From Eledone cirrhosa (lineage: Eukaryota): DNA of 64,000 nucleotides. The notes below the pieces were generated by a model that worked only from the letters and a program-made list of their open reading frames with translations, was not told the origin of the DNA and ran no database searches. Below are positions 15,161 to 32,300 of this stretch, piece by piece. Numbering within the stretch: the first letter of the stretch is position 1; each line of letters opens with the position of its first letter. The position numbers and the translations under genes were made by a program. Location of the stretch: positions 17,298,001 through 17,362,000 of the forward strand of contig OZ024747.1 in NCBI GenBank assembly GCA_964016885.1, read 5' to 3'.

Positions 15161-15630
15161 ATGATAGCATATTGTCGTTACTTTCGTTTCTAATGCAGGA
15201 CACAAGACACGTCTTATACGTAACATTAAATATAAATCAATTGCTGGTTTAAAACGCCGCTACATAGCCCGTCATGGTGTCAATGAGACATATCATATGA
15301 GTTAGAAAATAATCAATCTCGAAATCGAGTAGGCAACCATCAGGATGTACAGAAGTATGTATGTGTGTATATATATATATATATATTGAAAGTAAAGCTT
15401 GAGGAAGCTATAACAATGCATGTTTGAATATTTAACTATAGATTGCTCGAATATATCGGGTAAATAAACCCCTGGAGACATGCATAGATTAATATACACA
15501 TAACACGCAGGTACATGTGTATGCACGTATGTGTGTTTGTGAGTGTGTGATTTGTGTGTGTAAATATACTAATGTCAATGTATGAGAGTGTAATATATCA
15601 CATTCAAAGGCTTTACAAATTAAATACTGA

Positions 15631-15708
<78 letters not shown>

Positions 15709-15984
15709 ATACTTTGTAGTCAACGATTAAGAATGTTACAACAGATCTCAGAGGGGAGAGTCATTAGGTCGCTTTTATTCATGTTTGACTTCACCCTCCC
15801 CACACTCTCTCCCTCTCTCTTCCCCCCTCTCTCCCTCTATCTTCCTCCCTCCCTCTCTCCCTCATTCACTGATACTCTCGCTCATTCTCTCATGTACATA
15901 TGCGTATTGTTCACATACTCAAACTAACTTACTTTCAATATATATACACACACACATACATACTTCTGTACATCCCATATTTGT

Positions 15985-16059
<75 letters not shown>

Positions 16060-16084
16060 TCTCTCTGTCTATCTAGCTATCTTT

Positions 16085-16505
16085 CTGGCCAACAACTGGT
16101 CCGTTTCTTCCGTTATCATTTCGGAAGAAGGATCAGGATGGAGAGAGAGGTGCTGCACCCCAGCCGTTTTTATGAAAGATGGGTGAAAGTGGCGAGAATA
16201 GCCCGTGTGAATGGGCCTTCACTCTACATCAGACTATAGGTGAGGAAGATGAAAGACCAAGGGAGCACCCCTTCTCTGTGCTCCTGAGGAGAAGGGTTGC
16301 ACACTTTTTTTCGGGGGGGGGGCGACCCCGCCAAGGCGCCTCCTCTCTATTGAGAATTTTGTTATAAATTTTATCTTGTTATATTTTATTTTATTTTTAT
16401 ATTTTGTTAGTGCCTCCTCCTTATTGAGGACGCCTTGTTATGTAAACTCCCCCCATTGTACTTGTCCCACTTTTTGATGCCCTGGTGGCAAATAAAAAGA
16501 AAATT
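16085..16505 (+). mobile_element. 3' end of L1/Tx1-like LINE, copy 1
   Basis: Frame YHFGRRIRMEREVLHPSRFYERWVKVARIARVNGPSLYIRL*, T-rich 3' UTR, AATAAA, then (TATC)n. Confidence 0.65.
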
Positions 16506-16524
16506 ATCTATATATCTATCTGAT

Positions 16525-16902
16525 TCTTTTTTTCAAATACCACTTTGGAAAAAGAATCAGGATGGAGAGAGAGGTGCTGTACCCCAGCAAGTTTTATGAA
16601 AGGTGGGTGAAAGTGGCGAGAATGGCCCGAGTGAATGGGCCTTCTCTCTATATCAGCTTGTAGGTTGAGGAAAAGGAGGAGGAGAGGAAAGGAGTACAAA
16701 CTCTTCGTACTCCTGGAGATGAGAGTTGCACATTTTTTCGGGGGTATGTATTACCCATATGAACTGTCTCCCCCTATTGGGGAAAATCGACTAATTTTTT
16801 AAATTGCATTTGTGATAATATTTTACACGTTTTTATTGTATGTAAACTTCCCCTTTGTATTTGTCTCCTTCTTTTGTGCCCCCTGTGGCTAATAAAGAAA
16901 CA
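16525..16902 (+). mobile_element. 3' end of L1/Tx1-like LINE, copy 2 (tandem, diverged)
   Basis: High similarity to 16110-16240; ends CCTGTGGCTAATAAAGAAA followed by (TATC)n. Confidence 0.65.
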
Positions 16903-17720
16903 TATCTATCTATATATCTAATAAAGAAACATATCTATCTATATATCTATCTATCTATTTATCTATCTCTTTCTCTCTCTCTTTCGCTCTGATTCTTCAC
17001 CACTCTGTTTCTCTTGTGATGCTCATTTATTTCGTCGTTATTTCTCTTTCTCTCCCTCTCTCCCTCGTTCTCTGTCTCTCTTTCTGTGTCTCTAACCCCA
17101 TCTCTCTCTATATCTCTCTGATTCCTTCTCCTCCCTCTCTCTCTCTCTCTTTCTCATCATTTATCTCATGAGTTATAATATGTCCCACATGTTTTACCTA
17201 TAATTAGGTTTCCTTTGATTTACTATCTCCGTTTCTCTCTTACGCCCTCTCCTCCTCTGCCCCCCCCCCTCTCTCTCTCTCTCTTCCGAGCCCCTCAGTC
17301 ACTATGTATATATCTCTCCCTCCCTCTCCCTTCCTGCACCTTATTCTACATTACAAACCTTCTAGGCATGTTCTTATATCATTTGTGTGTATTTCGTTGT
17401 AAACGTCTCTCTCTCTCTCTCTCTCTCTCCCTCTCTCTATCTCCCTCTCTCCCTCTCTCTCTCTCCCTCTCTCTCAGACACACACACACATCACACATGT
17501 CCATATATAATCCCATATATACTTAGTTACCTACATATACAATAACACATACATGTTGACATACATGCCTCACTATTTGCATACATGCATATATACATAC
17601 ATATATATACATACCAATATACTTACATATATATATATACATAGCTATATATACATACATATATGCCTGCATACATATATACATATGTATATACATGCAT
17701 ATATCCATACATACCTATAT

Positions 17721-18328
17721 GGTGGCTGCCAACTCGTTTTCGAGTACGGCCACTACTTTATATCCATGTAGGAGAATCCCTACCGATGCGCTGAACGAAT
17801 GTGACTTTTTAGTCCAGCCAGCGACTTGAAAACTCTGGTACAAAGACTACACTTGTGACCATTATTGACACATAGTGCAGGGCCCATGGTACCATGTGAT
17901 GACAAGTGCAGAGAGATCTCCAGATATAAAGCAATGCCTGTGCTGTGAAGCTTTTATAGTGAGCAAAGGCACTGCACAAAGCCAGTCCCACTCTCTTAAC
18001 CAAGATGATATTTACCAAAAAGAAGAACAAGTCAACATCATTGGATACCATCAGGGTTGCAGGTGTTATATCAGAGTTTTCCTTCTCCTAGAATTCTGCC
18101 TTGACAAAGGCTAAGGGGTCATCTCTCCCGGTGATTTTGGATGGCTATTGAGTCTTAAGAGCTCTCTTGCCCTTTGACAGGTTTTGTTTTTAGTCCTGCA
18201 GGATGTCCAAAGTCACCCTCCTCACCAAGAAACCTTGGTGGGGTTGCCAGTTTAGTCGCCAACGACCCGACCATGAGACAGGTTGTACTGGGATACATGT
18301 TACCAGTAGCACCAACTGGTGACCTGAC
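17721..18328 (-). mobile_element. ~610-bp bipartite non-autonomous RTE derivative (5' UTR joined to 3' end)
   Basis: RTE-type 5' UTR motifs (AAAACCTGTC, GGAGAAGGAAAACTCTGA) fused directly to the C2H2 finger and 3' stem-loop; no endonuclease or RT between them; the same junction occurs in other copies. Confidence 0.75.
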
Positions 18329-20963
<2,635 letters not shown>

Positions 20964-21400
20964 GGTGGCTGCCAACTCGTTTTCGAGTACGGCCACTACT
21001 TTATATCCATGTAGGAGAACCCCTACTGATGCGCTGAACGAGTGTGACTTTTTAGTCCAGCCAGCGACTTGAAAGCTCTGGTACAAACACTACACTTGTG
21101 ACAATTATTGACACATAGTGCTGGGCCATGGTACCATGTGACGACAAATGCAGAGAGATCTCCAGATACAAAGCAATGCCTGTGCCGTGAAGCTTTTATA
21201 GTGAGCAAAGGCACTGCACAATGCCAGTCCCACTCTCTTAACCAAGATGATATTTACCAAAAAGAAGAACAAGTCAACATCATTGGATACCATCAGGGTT
21301 GCAGGTGTTATATCAGAGTTTTCCTTCTCCTAGAATTCCGCCTTGACAAAGGCTAAGGGGTCATCTCTCCCGGTGATTTTGGATGGCCATTGACTCTATG
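20964..21400 (-). mobile_element. bipartite RTE derivative, 5'-truncated copy
   Basis: Closely matches 17721-18155. Confidence 0.85.
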
Positions 21401-21690
21401 CCTTCTATCGACCCCACTTTTACATACATTTTCTCTTTCTAATTTCCTTTCGAGTTCTTACTTTACCCGCATTTATCTTCTACATACTATCTTTCCCTTT
21501 ATTTCTATATCACACCCAGCTTTATAGTTTTACAGATTTTTTTCACCATCTCCTTGCAATCAACTCCTCTCTGATATATATCGTTTTTAACTGACGTGCC
21601 GCAACGAGGAAACTTGAAACGGTTCTTTGCTATGTTAAACATAGCAGTGAATTTCACCTCAAATCACAACAAGCATTTTTAATATAGTAA

Positions 21691-21876
21691 TAATTGTTTC
21701 TACTTTAGGCACAAGGCCAGCAATTATCCAGTGCATTACTGGTACTTTATTTTATCGACCCCGTAAGGATGAAAGGCAAAGTCAACCTCGGCGGGATTTG
21801 AACTCAGATCGTAAAGGGACGTAACTATGCTGGAAAGCATGGCGTCCGACCCTCCACCGATACTGCCAATCCACAG
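21691..21876 (-). mobile_element. SINE family A
   Basis: A/B boxes and conserved body. Confidence 0.9.
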
Positions 21877-22190
21877 CCCTAAATATAGTAATAATACATT
21901 AGATATTCTGCTACGATAACGCAACCCATCCCCCAATAAATCACCTTTGATTATAGGTATGTTTGAATGGTTAAAGAATTTGTTTCACAATCACTAGCTC
22001 CCAGCTAAATAGCTGTAGCATGTTCACAGCATAAATAGAGAAAAAATATTACTATATATTTTCATAGCGAAAATTGTTTTGTTTCCTTTTTCATAGTGAG
22101 ACTCTCATGTGTTTATTATACATAAACATCGTTTATGTTTTCCTGTACACACCTATAATAAACAGTACTGTGTTCGTGCTATATATATAT

Positions 22191-22275
<85 letters not shown>

Positions 22276-22294
22276 TATATATATATATACACAC

Positions 22295-22325
<31 letters not shown>

Positions 22326-22357
22326 TATATACATATATATACACATATATATATATA

Positions 22358-22443
<86 letters not shown>

Positions 22444-22456
22444 CATATATAAACAC

Positions 22457-22853
<397 letters not shown>

Positions 22854-23997
22854 ATGTATGTGTGTGAGTATACATAGACCACTTTTCATGACTATTTTCA
22901 GGCTCTTCTGTACTGCCACGGAGGTCACGACAGTATTTGAAATCAGAACCGATAGAGTAGGAACAAACACCGCTGTAAACGATTCTACCTATTTACCACT
23001 TGACAAAGGTCTCTCCAGATTCACTTGATAATAAAACTATAATAAATTAAATTGTGCGCTAATTAGGTAAAGTATACAAAAAATTGTAATCTATATATAT
23101 ATAGAGTACAGAAGTAACCTAATTTGCGTACATATATAAATACATTTAAATATTGTGTATATAGTCATGTAAACATGCCAGATTATTACGTCCAATTTAA
23201 TGATACTACTATAAGAGATATGGTATAAAAACACGCATTTCTTTTTGGTTGTTTCCATGGTGTACATATCTTCTGATGAGATGCCCCAGGGATTTAAAAA
23301 TCTATTCAAGACATTTACCATTTCTCAACTTACAGAGAAATTATATTCACATTTAATAATCATGAGTACATCTGTACTGTATATATTGCAGTGCAAATTG
23401 AAAATATAATTATATATACCCATTTTCCGTAGAAAATGCTGGACAATTTTGGGTGGAACGAATTTTATCATATTTCTACATCATTAGAATCAAAAAGAAG
23501 AATCTTCCTAGCATTACTAATCGTAATCCACTCTAAGGTTTTGTTATATACTAACACCACTCCTTTATTTCCACACTCTTACACTTAATACTTCTGGTTC
23601 CTTCACCCTCTTCACTTGTTCGTGCTCCGCCTTCTATATTTATTCATTCATTCAGTGATATTTTCATGTAAGTAAAACCCATCCTCTACCATCTCACCAT
23701 TTCTCTTACATAATCACATAAATGCTGATTATCTTATATATGTTTTCGCCCCCAGTTATCGCCACCATTATCAACTGTTCTCGTACGCTCTATGTACGAT
23801 ACTTTTCTTTGAACAAACTGTTCTTTATGTCGCCCTCTCCCACAGACTTCTTCCTTACTTTCTCACTCACATGTACCCACACAGAACCGCAAAATTTTGG
23901 CTCTTTTTACTCTTTCATTCCAACGTTACATTTCAGCTTCATTTCGCCCACTTCTAACTTTCAGTTCATTATCATATATGTAAGAGTGTGGTGGAAA

Positions 23998-24086
<89 letters not shown>

Positions 24087-24259
24087 TATATATACATACA
24101 TATATATAAATATATATATACATACATATATATAAATATATATATACATACATATATATAAATATATATATACATACATATATATAAATATATATATACA
24201 TACATATATATAAATATATATATACATACATATATATATATATATACATATATATATAC

Positions 24260-24294
<35 letters not shown>

Positions 24295-24295
24295 C

Positions 24296-24330
<35 letters not shown>

Positions 24331-24371
24331 CATATATATACATATATATATATATATACATATATATATAC

Positions 24372-24402
<31 letters not shown>

Positions 24403-24426
24403 AATATATATATATACATATAAATA

Positions 24427-24608
24427 TAGGAACCAGTAAGACCCCGACAGCTGAGCTCAAGCCGTTTCGACGGCTAATTCGCCGTCGAAACGGCTTGAGC
24501 TCAGCTGTCGGGGTCTTACTGGTTCCTATTACCCACTCTACTACTTCAAGTATTGAGTACTTTGGTGCGTTATGGTCCACCTGGTTCCTTACCACATTTC
24601 CTTCGTTA
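24427..24608 (+). mobile_element. PLE-derived fold-back element, family F
   Basis: Hairpin of ~48-bp arms (TAGGAACCAGTAAGACCCCGACAGCTGAGCTCAAGCCGTTTCGACGGC and its mirror) plus the family F tail. Confidence 0.88.
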
Positions 24609-24635
24609 CATATAAATATATATATACATATATAT

Positions 24636-24687
<52 letters not shown>

Positions 24688-24917
24688 GTACATATATACA
24701 TATATATATAAATATATACATATAAATACATATATATATAAATATATACATATAAATACATATATATATAAATATATACATATATACATAAATATATACA
24801 TATATACATATGAATATATACATATATATATAAATACATATATATATAAATATATACATATATACATATAAATATATACATATATATATAAATACATATA
24901 TATATATAAATATATAC

Positions 24918-24972
<55 letters not shown>

Positions 24973-25005
24973 AATATATACATATATATATATACAAATA
25001 TATAC

Positions 25006-25040
<35 letters not shown>

Positions 25041-25069
25041 AATATATACATATATATATAAATATATAC

Positions 25070-25109
<40 letters not shown>

Positions 25110-25115
<6 letters not shown>

Positions 25116-25875
25116 GTTAAAAGTGTACATCCACATATGTATACTGAAATACTAGTATGCATATGAATACACACACGTATACATATGTAGATGTACCGAG
25201 TTTTTCACTGGTCACTTTACTGTGAGTGTCCAGCTATTCTGTATGTAAACACACAGACAAACCGGTTTTTAGAGTCATACTGGTTTTTGAGGAAACACCT
25301 TTCCTCTATTCTTCAGAAAGCCAGACAAGGAATATTGAACTAGTTTCGTTGTTGTTACAACTCATCAGCAATATTTACCTATCTTCCGGCCTTTCTAGAG
25401 AATCGTAAAAGCACATATCGTTATATGCTTTTTCTATGAAAATTAGTAGTGGGCAGACTAATTTGCATAGAGCGTGAGTACGTACCGGTTCAACGGAGAC
25501 GATAAAAACAAATAACGAAACGAAATTAAATTTCGCTTCGTAAATATTGCTGATGAGTTGTAACAACAACGAAACTAGTTCAATATTCCTTGTCTGGCTT
25601 TCTGCAGAATAGAGGAAAGGTGTTTCCTCAAAAACCAGTATGACTCTAAAAACCGGTTTGTCTGTGTGTTTACATACAGAATAGCTGGACACTCACAGTA
25701 AAGTGACCAGTGAAAAACTCGGTACATCTACATATGTATACGTGTGTGTATTCATATGCATACTAGTATTTCAGTATACATATGTGGATGTACACTTTTA
25801 ACTTAATTGTTTAAGCGTCAGTCATACAAAAGTGAGTTACAAACGAAGCGAAATTTAATTTCGTTTCGTTATTTG

Positions 25876-25882
<7 letters not shown>
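25110..25882 (+). mobile_element. large fold-back element: 269-bp inverted arms (25110-25378 / 25540-25808) plus tail
   Basis: Almost identical inverted arms (the same 51-aa ORF stretch appears on both strands); hammerhead at the inner end of each arm; TA flanks. Confidence 0.9.
25543..25587 (+). ncRNA. type I hammerhead motif (mirror 25331-25375, minus)
   Basis: aatattg-CTGATGA-gtt..aac-GAAA-ctag-TT-caatatt. Confidence 0.8.
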
Positions 25883-25935
<53 letters not shown>

Positions 25936-25959
25936 AATATATATATATAAATATATACA

Positions 25960-25991
<32 letters not shown>

Positions 25992-25992
25992 C

Positions 25993-26023
<31 letters not shown>

Positions 26024-26136
26024 CATATATACATATATATATACATATATATATATACATATATATACATATATATACATATATATATATACATATATAT
26101 ACATATATATATACATATATATACATATATATATAC

Positions 26137-26185
<49 letters not shown>

Positions 26186-26220
26186 CATATATATATACAT
26201 ATATATATACATATATATAA

Positions 26221-26270
<50 letters not shown>

Positions 26271-26292
26271 ATTAAAATACTTATATTCATAC

Positions 26293-26321
<29 letters not shown>

Positions 26322-26325
<4 letters not shown>

Positions 26326-26428
26326 GGATGTCCCCAAAAATGTATACACACTTCAACAAAAGTCTAATAAATATTGCCTGTACAGGTAATCAAACCTTAT
26401 ATACACATTTTATTGGGACACCATGCAT
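26322..26428. mobile_element. Tc1/mariner-type MITE
   Basis: Imperfect TIRs TAGGATGTCCCCAAAAATGTATA / TATACACATTTTATTGGGACACCATG in a TA context. Confidence 0.55.
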
Positions 26429-26789
26429 ATATATATATATATACATATGTGTGTGTGTGTGGGTGGGGTGCGTGCGTGTGCGTGTGTGTATACACACACA
26501 TTACACACACAAACCACATATACATACATAATTGTGTGTGTCGGTGTACTTATTTCATTTGCACAGCTCGAGTTTCTAATTTCAAAATATTTCAGTAGAT
26601 TGACACAACTAGAAGCAATAGATACCTCTGTGTAAGAGTGCGGTAGAAAATGTATTTATACAATATTAAGGCAAACATTAGTTAAAGACTGGCAAGGGCT
26701 GTAAAAGCCGTCGTTTGCTTATAAGCTAGGTAGTAGGTGAGCACCCAAAGATCGCATATTCTCTGATGCGTAAAAACAACATCCACAAG

Positions 26790-26819
26790 TACTATTACTA
26801 CTACTACTCCTACTACTAT

Positions 26820-26866
<47 letters not shown>

Positions 26867-26897
26867 TTACTACTACTACTACTACTACTACTACTAC
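26790..26897. repeat. (TAC)n microsatellite
   Basis: Direct observation. Confidence 0.97.
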
Positions 26898-26915
26898 AAC
26901 AATTATCATTATTAC

Positions 26916-27612
26916 CGGTGGATTGGCAGTATCGGTAGAGGGTCGGACACTATGCTTTGCAGCATAGAGTTACGGCCCTTGCCAATCTCACTTCAAATCC
27001 CGCGGCGGTTAACCCTTGCCTTGCATCCTTATAGGGTCGATAAAATAAAGTACCAGTAAAGCACTGGGTAATTGCTGGCCTTTTGCCCAAACTAGAAACA
27101 GTTATTACTACTACAACTACTAATGCAGCTGATGTTGCTGTTGCTGTTGCTGCTGCTGTTGGTGCTGCTGCTGCTACATTTGCTTCTACTTTATTCAATA
27201 ATTGTTATTTTAGTTATTCATTTTAATTATTATTGTTTTCTCTTATTATTTAGAGCCATTGAGGGCGGTGGATTGGCAGTATCGGTAAATAAAGTACCAG
27301 TCACACAATGGGATCAATTTAATCGATTAACCCGTCTCCTAAAATTGGTGGCCTTGTGCCTATATAAGAAGCCATTATATTTTTACGGCGGTGGATTGGC
27401 AGTATCCGTAGAGTGTCGGAGACCATGCTTTGCAGTATAGAGTTACGGCCCTTTATGATCTGAGTTCAAATCCCGCCGAGGTTAACTTTGCTTTTCATCC
27501 TTACGGGGTCGATAAAATAAAGCACCAGTAACGCACTGGGGATCGATTTAATCTACTTCTCCCCCTAAATTCAAATTGCTGGCCGTGTGCCTATATACGA
27601 ATCCGTTATTAT
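26916..27612 (+). mobile_element. three co-oriented SINE family A copies
   Basis: Heads CGGTGGATTGGCAGTATC at ~26916, 27266 (internally deleted) and 27389. Confidence 0.9.
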
Positions 27613-28176
27613 TCAGAGGCATTTTAGATACAAATATGCTTTCATATTTGTGAGGTTCATAAATACTCCTTGTTAATACTTACCTCTAATTGGGAAATCT
27701 GTTGTTATTTAACTATATATCATTATTACCTCTTTCCCTTTATTTTATACGTTTTATGTAGATTTCTTCTGTCCCTGTGCTTTTATATTGTCCTTTACGT
27801 TTCGGCCCTAGTGGCCAATAAAGAAACAATTATTTTCCCAGTGAAAGTTTCTAATTAGAAATGACTGTGGTTATATCTAAACTAAATTTTTCTCAAACCT
27901 AATATTCGTTGTATTCTAATATAAGTATTTATTATTCAATAGATTATGTCGCCAAACGAATGCACGTCATGCAAACTAGAATTATCATTTCAGCTAGGAT
28001 ATTAATTATACATCTCTCTTGACATATAGAGTTGTTATAATATTGTATGTTTGGAGACGTAATTCTTAGGCTGTTGTAGTTACATACAGTTGTGTCATGA
28101 AAATTATAAACCTGCCGGAGCTCATGACATATCTATCCGGGTCTGGACAAAGTCGTTTCCTCCACAGAAGGAGAGT

Positions 28177-28257
<81 letters not shown>
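28177..28257. repeat. (GATA)n microsatellite
   Basis: Direct observation. Confidence 0.97.
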
Positions 28258-28258
<1 letters not shown>

Positions 28259-28700
28259 GTAAGAAAGATAGGGGTGAAAGAGAGAGAAAGCAAAGGAAAA
28301 GAAGTAAGAAAGAGATATAGAGGAACAATCGACTTCACTACTGAGCTAGTACTTTTTGTTGACATCAAAATCAAAATGAGGGATGGCAAAGTTGACCTTA
28401 ATGTGATTTCAGCTCAGAGTGTAGAAAAGCATTCTATCAGTCATTCTAAGGATTCTGTAATTTCTGTCATGCTATAATGATATTCCTCTGAGTACAAAAT
28501 TATAGAAGAGGAGATTATCGAAATATATATTCTTAATATCTCATGTATTTCTAGGGGAATGGAGGAAAGAAGTTTTCACTTCACATTTCCTCGTAGAAAA
28601 CTTCTAATGAAATTCAGTTGTATTATTTGTATGTGGACATCTAAAATTATATTAGCGTAGTACTCTAAACATGGAAAGGAGCAGAGTGAGTATATATATG

Positions 28701-28733
<33 letters not shown>

Positions 28734-28736
<3 letters not shown>

Positions 28737-28877
28737 AAAAAATAATACCCCGACGGCAGAGCTCAAGCCGTTTCGGCGGCTATTTCTATCGTTTTTCCTA
28801 TTTCCCACTCTACTACCCTAAGTAGTGAGTACTCTGGTGCGTTATGGTCCATTTGGTTCCTTACCACAATTCCTTTG

Positions 28878-28880
<3 letters not shown>
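28734..28880 (+). mobile_element. PLE-derived element, family F (deleted)
   Basis: Inverted arm CCCCGACGGCAGAGCTCAAGCCGTTTCG joined to the family F tail. Confidence 0.82.
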
Positions 28881-28915
<35 letters not shown>

Positions 28916-29125
28916 TTTTGTCTGAAGTGATATATCCCTTCTTCTCTACAGGAGTTGAAAGAATCTGGAAATCTACACAAGATATATATACTTTTAAATA
29001 TCCTACGATATATATGTGGAATGAAACCGAGAAAGGCAGGATAAACATTAATATGTGAGAGTCTCACTCTCACTCTACTATCGTTTTAATAACGACATTA
29101 TCAAACTGGCATTATAATAATATCT

Positions 29126-29360
29126 GGCGGTGGATTGGCGGACGCCATGCTTTGCAGCAAAGAGTTACGGCCCTTTATGACCTGAGTTCAAACCCCGCCG
29201 AGATTAACTTTACCTTTCATCCTTACGGGGTCGATAAAATAAAGTACCAGTAATACACTGGAATAATTGCCGGTCTTGTGCCTAAAGTAGAAACAAAGAA
29301 ATAATTATAATTGTTTCTACTTTTGGCACAAGGCCAGCAATTACCCAGTAGAAACAATTA
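29126..29360 (+). mobile_element. SINE family A plus a short inverted tail fragment
   Basis: Conserved body; reverse-oriented tail piece at 29309-29348. Confidence 0.85.
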
Positions 29361-32300
29361 TAATAATATCTGGCTTTGTATTGAAATTTAAGTGCATTTA
29401 TTTTTTATTCGAGTTCACTTAATCAGAGTTCACATAAAACAATCGTGTATTTCAGTATTTCATATTCATAATTTAAATTAAAAGCAATAAAATAATTAAA
29501 AATGAAAACAAATGGGTGACGCCTCCTGAGTTAATATATAGAAAAGCTGTGAAAAAAATGTCTGTAAGTACGATTGTATAAGATTGGAATTGTTTCAGAA
29601 ACATATACTATATGGCAGGAAGTAACCACCAGTAATCGGTGATTGTGAGTTCTAGATTAATTGTGCATGTGCCATATATATATATACATATATATGTATA
29701 TATATATATGTATGTGTATATATATATGTATGTGTATATATATATGTATGTGTATATATATATGTATATATATATATATATTCTGTATATATATATACAG
29801 AATAAAATTAAAGCAATGAAATATCTTAGTAATAGAAAGTACGAGACTTGGATGAAATGTAAACAAAAATGGAATATCATCGCTGTCGTCGATGAGCGGT
29901 ACAGTTATTCATTCATCGGAGTGGCTTATTGCATGAAATTAACATATAGGTCGTTTAGAATTCCACATACACGTGTAACTTTACTTGAAACAGTAAAAGA
30001 ATAAATGAGTATCCTAGTTATATTTTTCAAAATGCTGTTACATACACTACTGCAATTTAGAGCGATCGACTAAACCGAAACAAGGCGTAAAATAAAAAGA
30101 AAATATTCATATCAATGTGCTCAATAAAATAGAGTGATTTCTTATAGGATTTTATTAAGTATGTCTTGTTCAAAAAGACAACGTGCTGCCGCTAATCGAA
30201 CCCATGAGTTTATGTTTGTCAGCCTAACACAGTAACCACATATGCTATGCCCCTTCAATATTCATCTAGAGGCAGTCCCAACGAATGTATTGATAAGCCA
30301 ATGAAAGAATGCGATGCTCATAACTGAAATTATTTTTCTTAAGTATTCGTAAGCTGACTTCTCTCAGCATATAGAGCAAAGAAAGTGAACACTCTCTGTA
30401 AGCCGCCAACAGCAAATAAAAAGAGAAGCTGTTCTTATTTTTGGTCCGGAGAGAGAGATAGAGAGAGAGAAATAAATAAATAGAGAGAGAGAGAGAGATC
30501 ATGGTGGTTTGACAACAGAGTCTATTAGGACAGCGACTATAAATGCACGAGGGTTACACGTAGTGTTCCGTACAAACGTCCGTTGTCTCAAATTAATATA
30601 TATATGTGTCTTTTCGCTCGCCCACACGCTCTTGAACTTAAGTTCTCTTATCGCTGTGGTCTTGGATTTTCTTACCTTAAGTTGCTCGCACATTGCTCGG
30701 TTTATTGGGTTTTTTTCGCTGTTTTCTCTTTTCTAACCTTTTCCCTTCTATTTTCCTTCCCACCCTCCTCCGTTTTCCCAATAACTTACCCAGTTATTGA
30801 CGCTCTGGGTGGTAGATATCTTGTCTTTAAAGCCTGGAAATATCCGAGACCCCCAGTAGACAACTGATGAGGTAACCCCCCTCCTCGTTCTTGCTTTCTT
30901 CTTATTCTCCCTCTCTCTCTCTATATATATATATATATTTATTTATTTACATTTATATTTATATATATGTGCGTGTGTGTGTGCGTACGCACAAGAAACT
31001 ACATACACGACACACATACATACACACATATATATATTTATATAAATAAATAAATATATATATATATATGTGTGTGTCTGTATGTGTCTATCTGTATCAC
31101 ATTAACTACATATGTAGATACATACACACATAAATCACACATTTATATCTGTATATGCATTTAAACATACACAATAGATATGAATCTGAAAAGGCTATAT
31201 GTGTATACACGTTTATGAAATTACGTGGTAAATTATTGCCTGTGAATACGTGTATATATTTTACAAGTTGTCTGTTGATATTCATCCCCAGGCCAACCAT
31301 ATAAGAACAACTTTATGATCAAAAGCATTGCAGGTATGACCTTCAGGCATTTCAGATATAGTTTATAGCATACTACATTAATAATGTTTACTTGTTGGCT
31401 GTTGCCTGGCATCGGTTCATCTAGTATGATAATTGATATCAGGTTCATATCATACATCACGAGCAAGGTTAAAATCGATATAAAATATTTCTTATATCAA
31501 ACTTTGTTGCAGATATGGCCGGCACCTGTTTATTTAGGGCCTTTGACTAGCCCTACAATATGCACTCCCTCTCCCAGTAGTGCTCCGCATTCTCCAAGTT
31601 ATGCGCTCGTTCTTTCCAATAAGATAATTTCAAATTAATGTTTGCCAAACTAGCAAGCCAAGTTTTCTTTTACTTTGTCTCGGCCATACTAGAAAAATTA
31701 CTAAGTGTGCAATTTCTACTACCCAATCCAAACACATATCATTCTATGTTAGGTCATAACAAGATAAGGCCCTTTTGCCGGTCCCAACAGTCAAAACAGA
31801 GAAAGCCTTACTCCGGATGAGGGCGGTGTTTCGGGAGACCAGTGCACCAGAAATTTCTAACGCCATAGATTCAATAACATAACTATTGGAAAGCAACTGC
31901 TACTTGAACACCTTGCCTTCTGGAGCCTGTCGGGGGGAAAACCTCGGGTCTCTCGCCGTTTACACCAGTTTCTGGGAATGATGTGAAAATTAAGATATGA
32001 TATGCACATGATGTTAAAGAAAATAGTGGATAGATTTGATATAGATACGAAATAATGTTCCCATTCTTTGAATCTTTAGGTTGACCAGGCTAACAAAGAG
32101 TCGTGTACATCGCTGCACACAAGGTTTTTCAATTCCACCGTGAGTGTGCGGCCCTTCACTTCAATGTTGATCAATTATGTTTATTAGGTCTTCTATTTAA
32201 AAAAAATAGTATCGCACAATGTGATAGAGATTTAGCTGTTCTTTCCAGCATGTCGAATAATTACGCTGATACCCCTTAGCTGAGGGTCGATTACCTGCAT

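Noticed and set aside
30509-30560. SIRTATINARGL resembling an APE endonuclease N-terminus
   Set aside because: Only ~12 aa, with no continuation of the domain.
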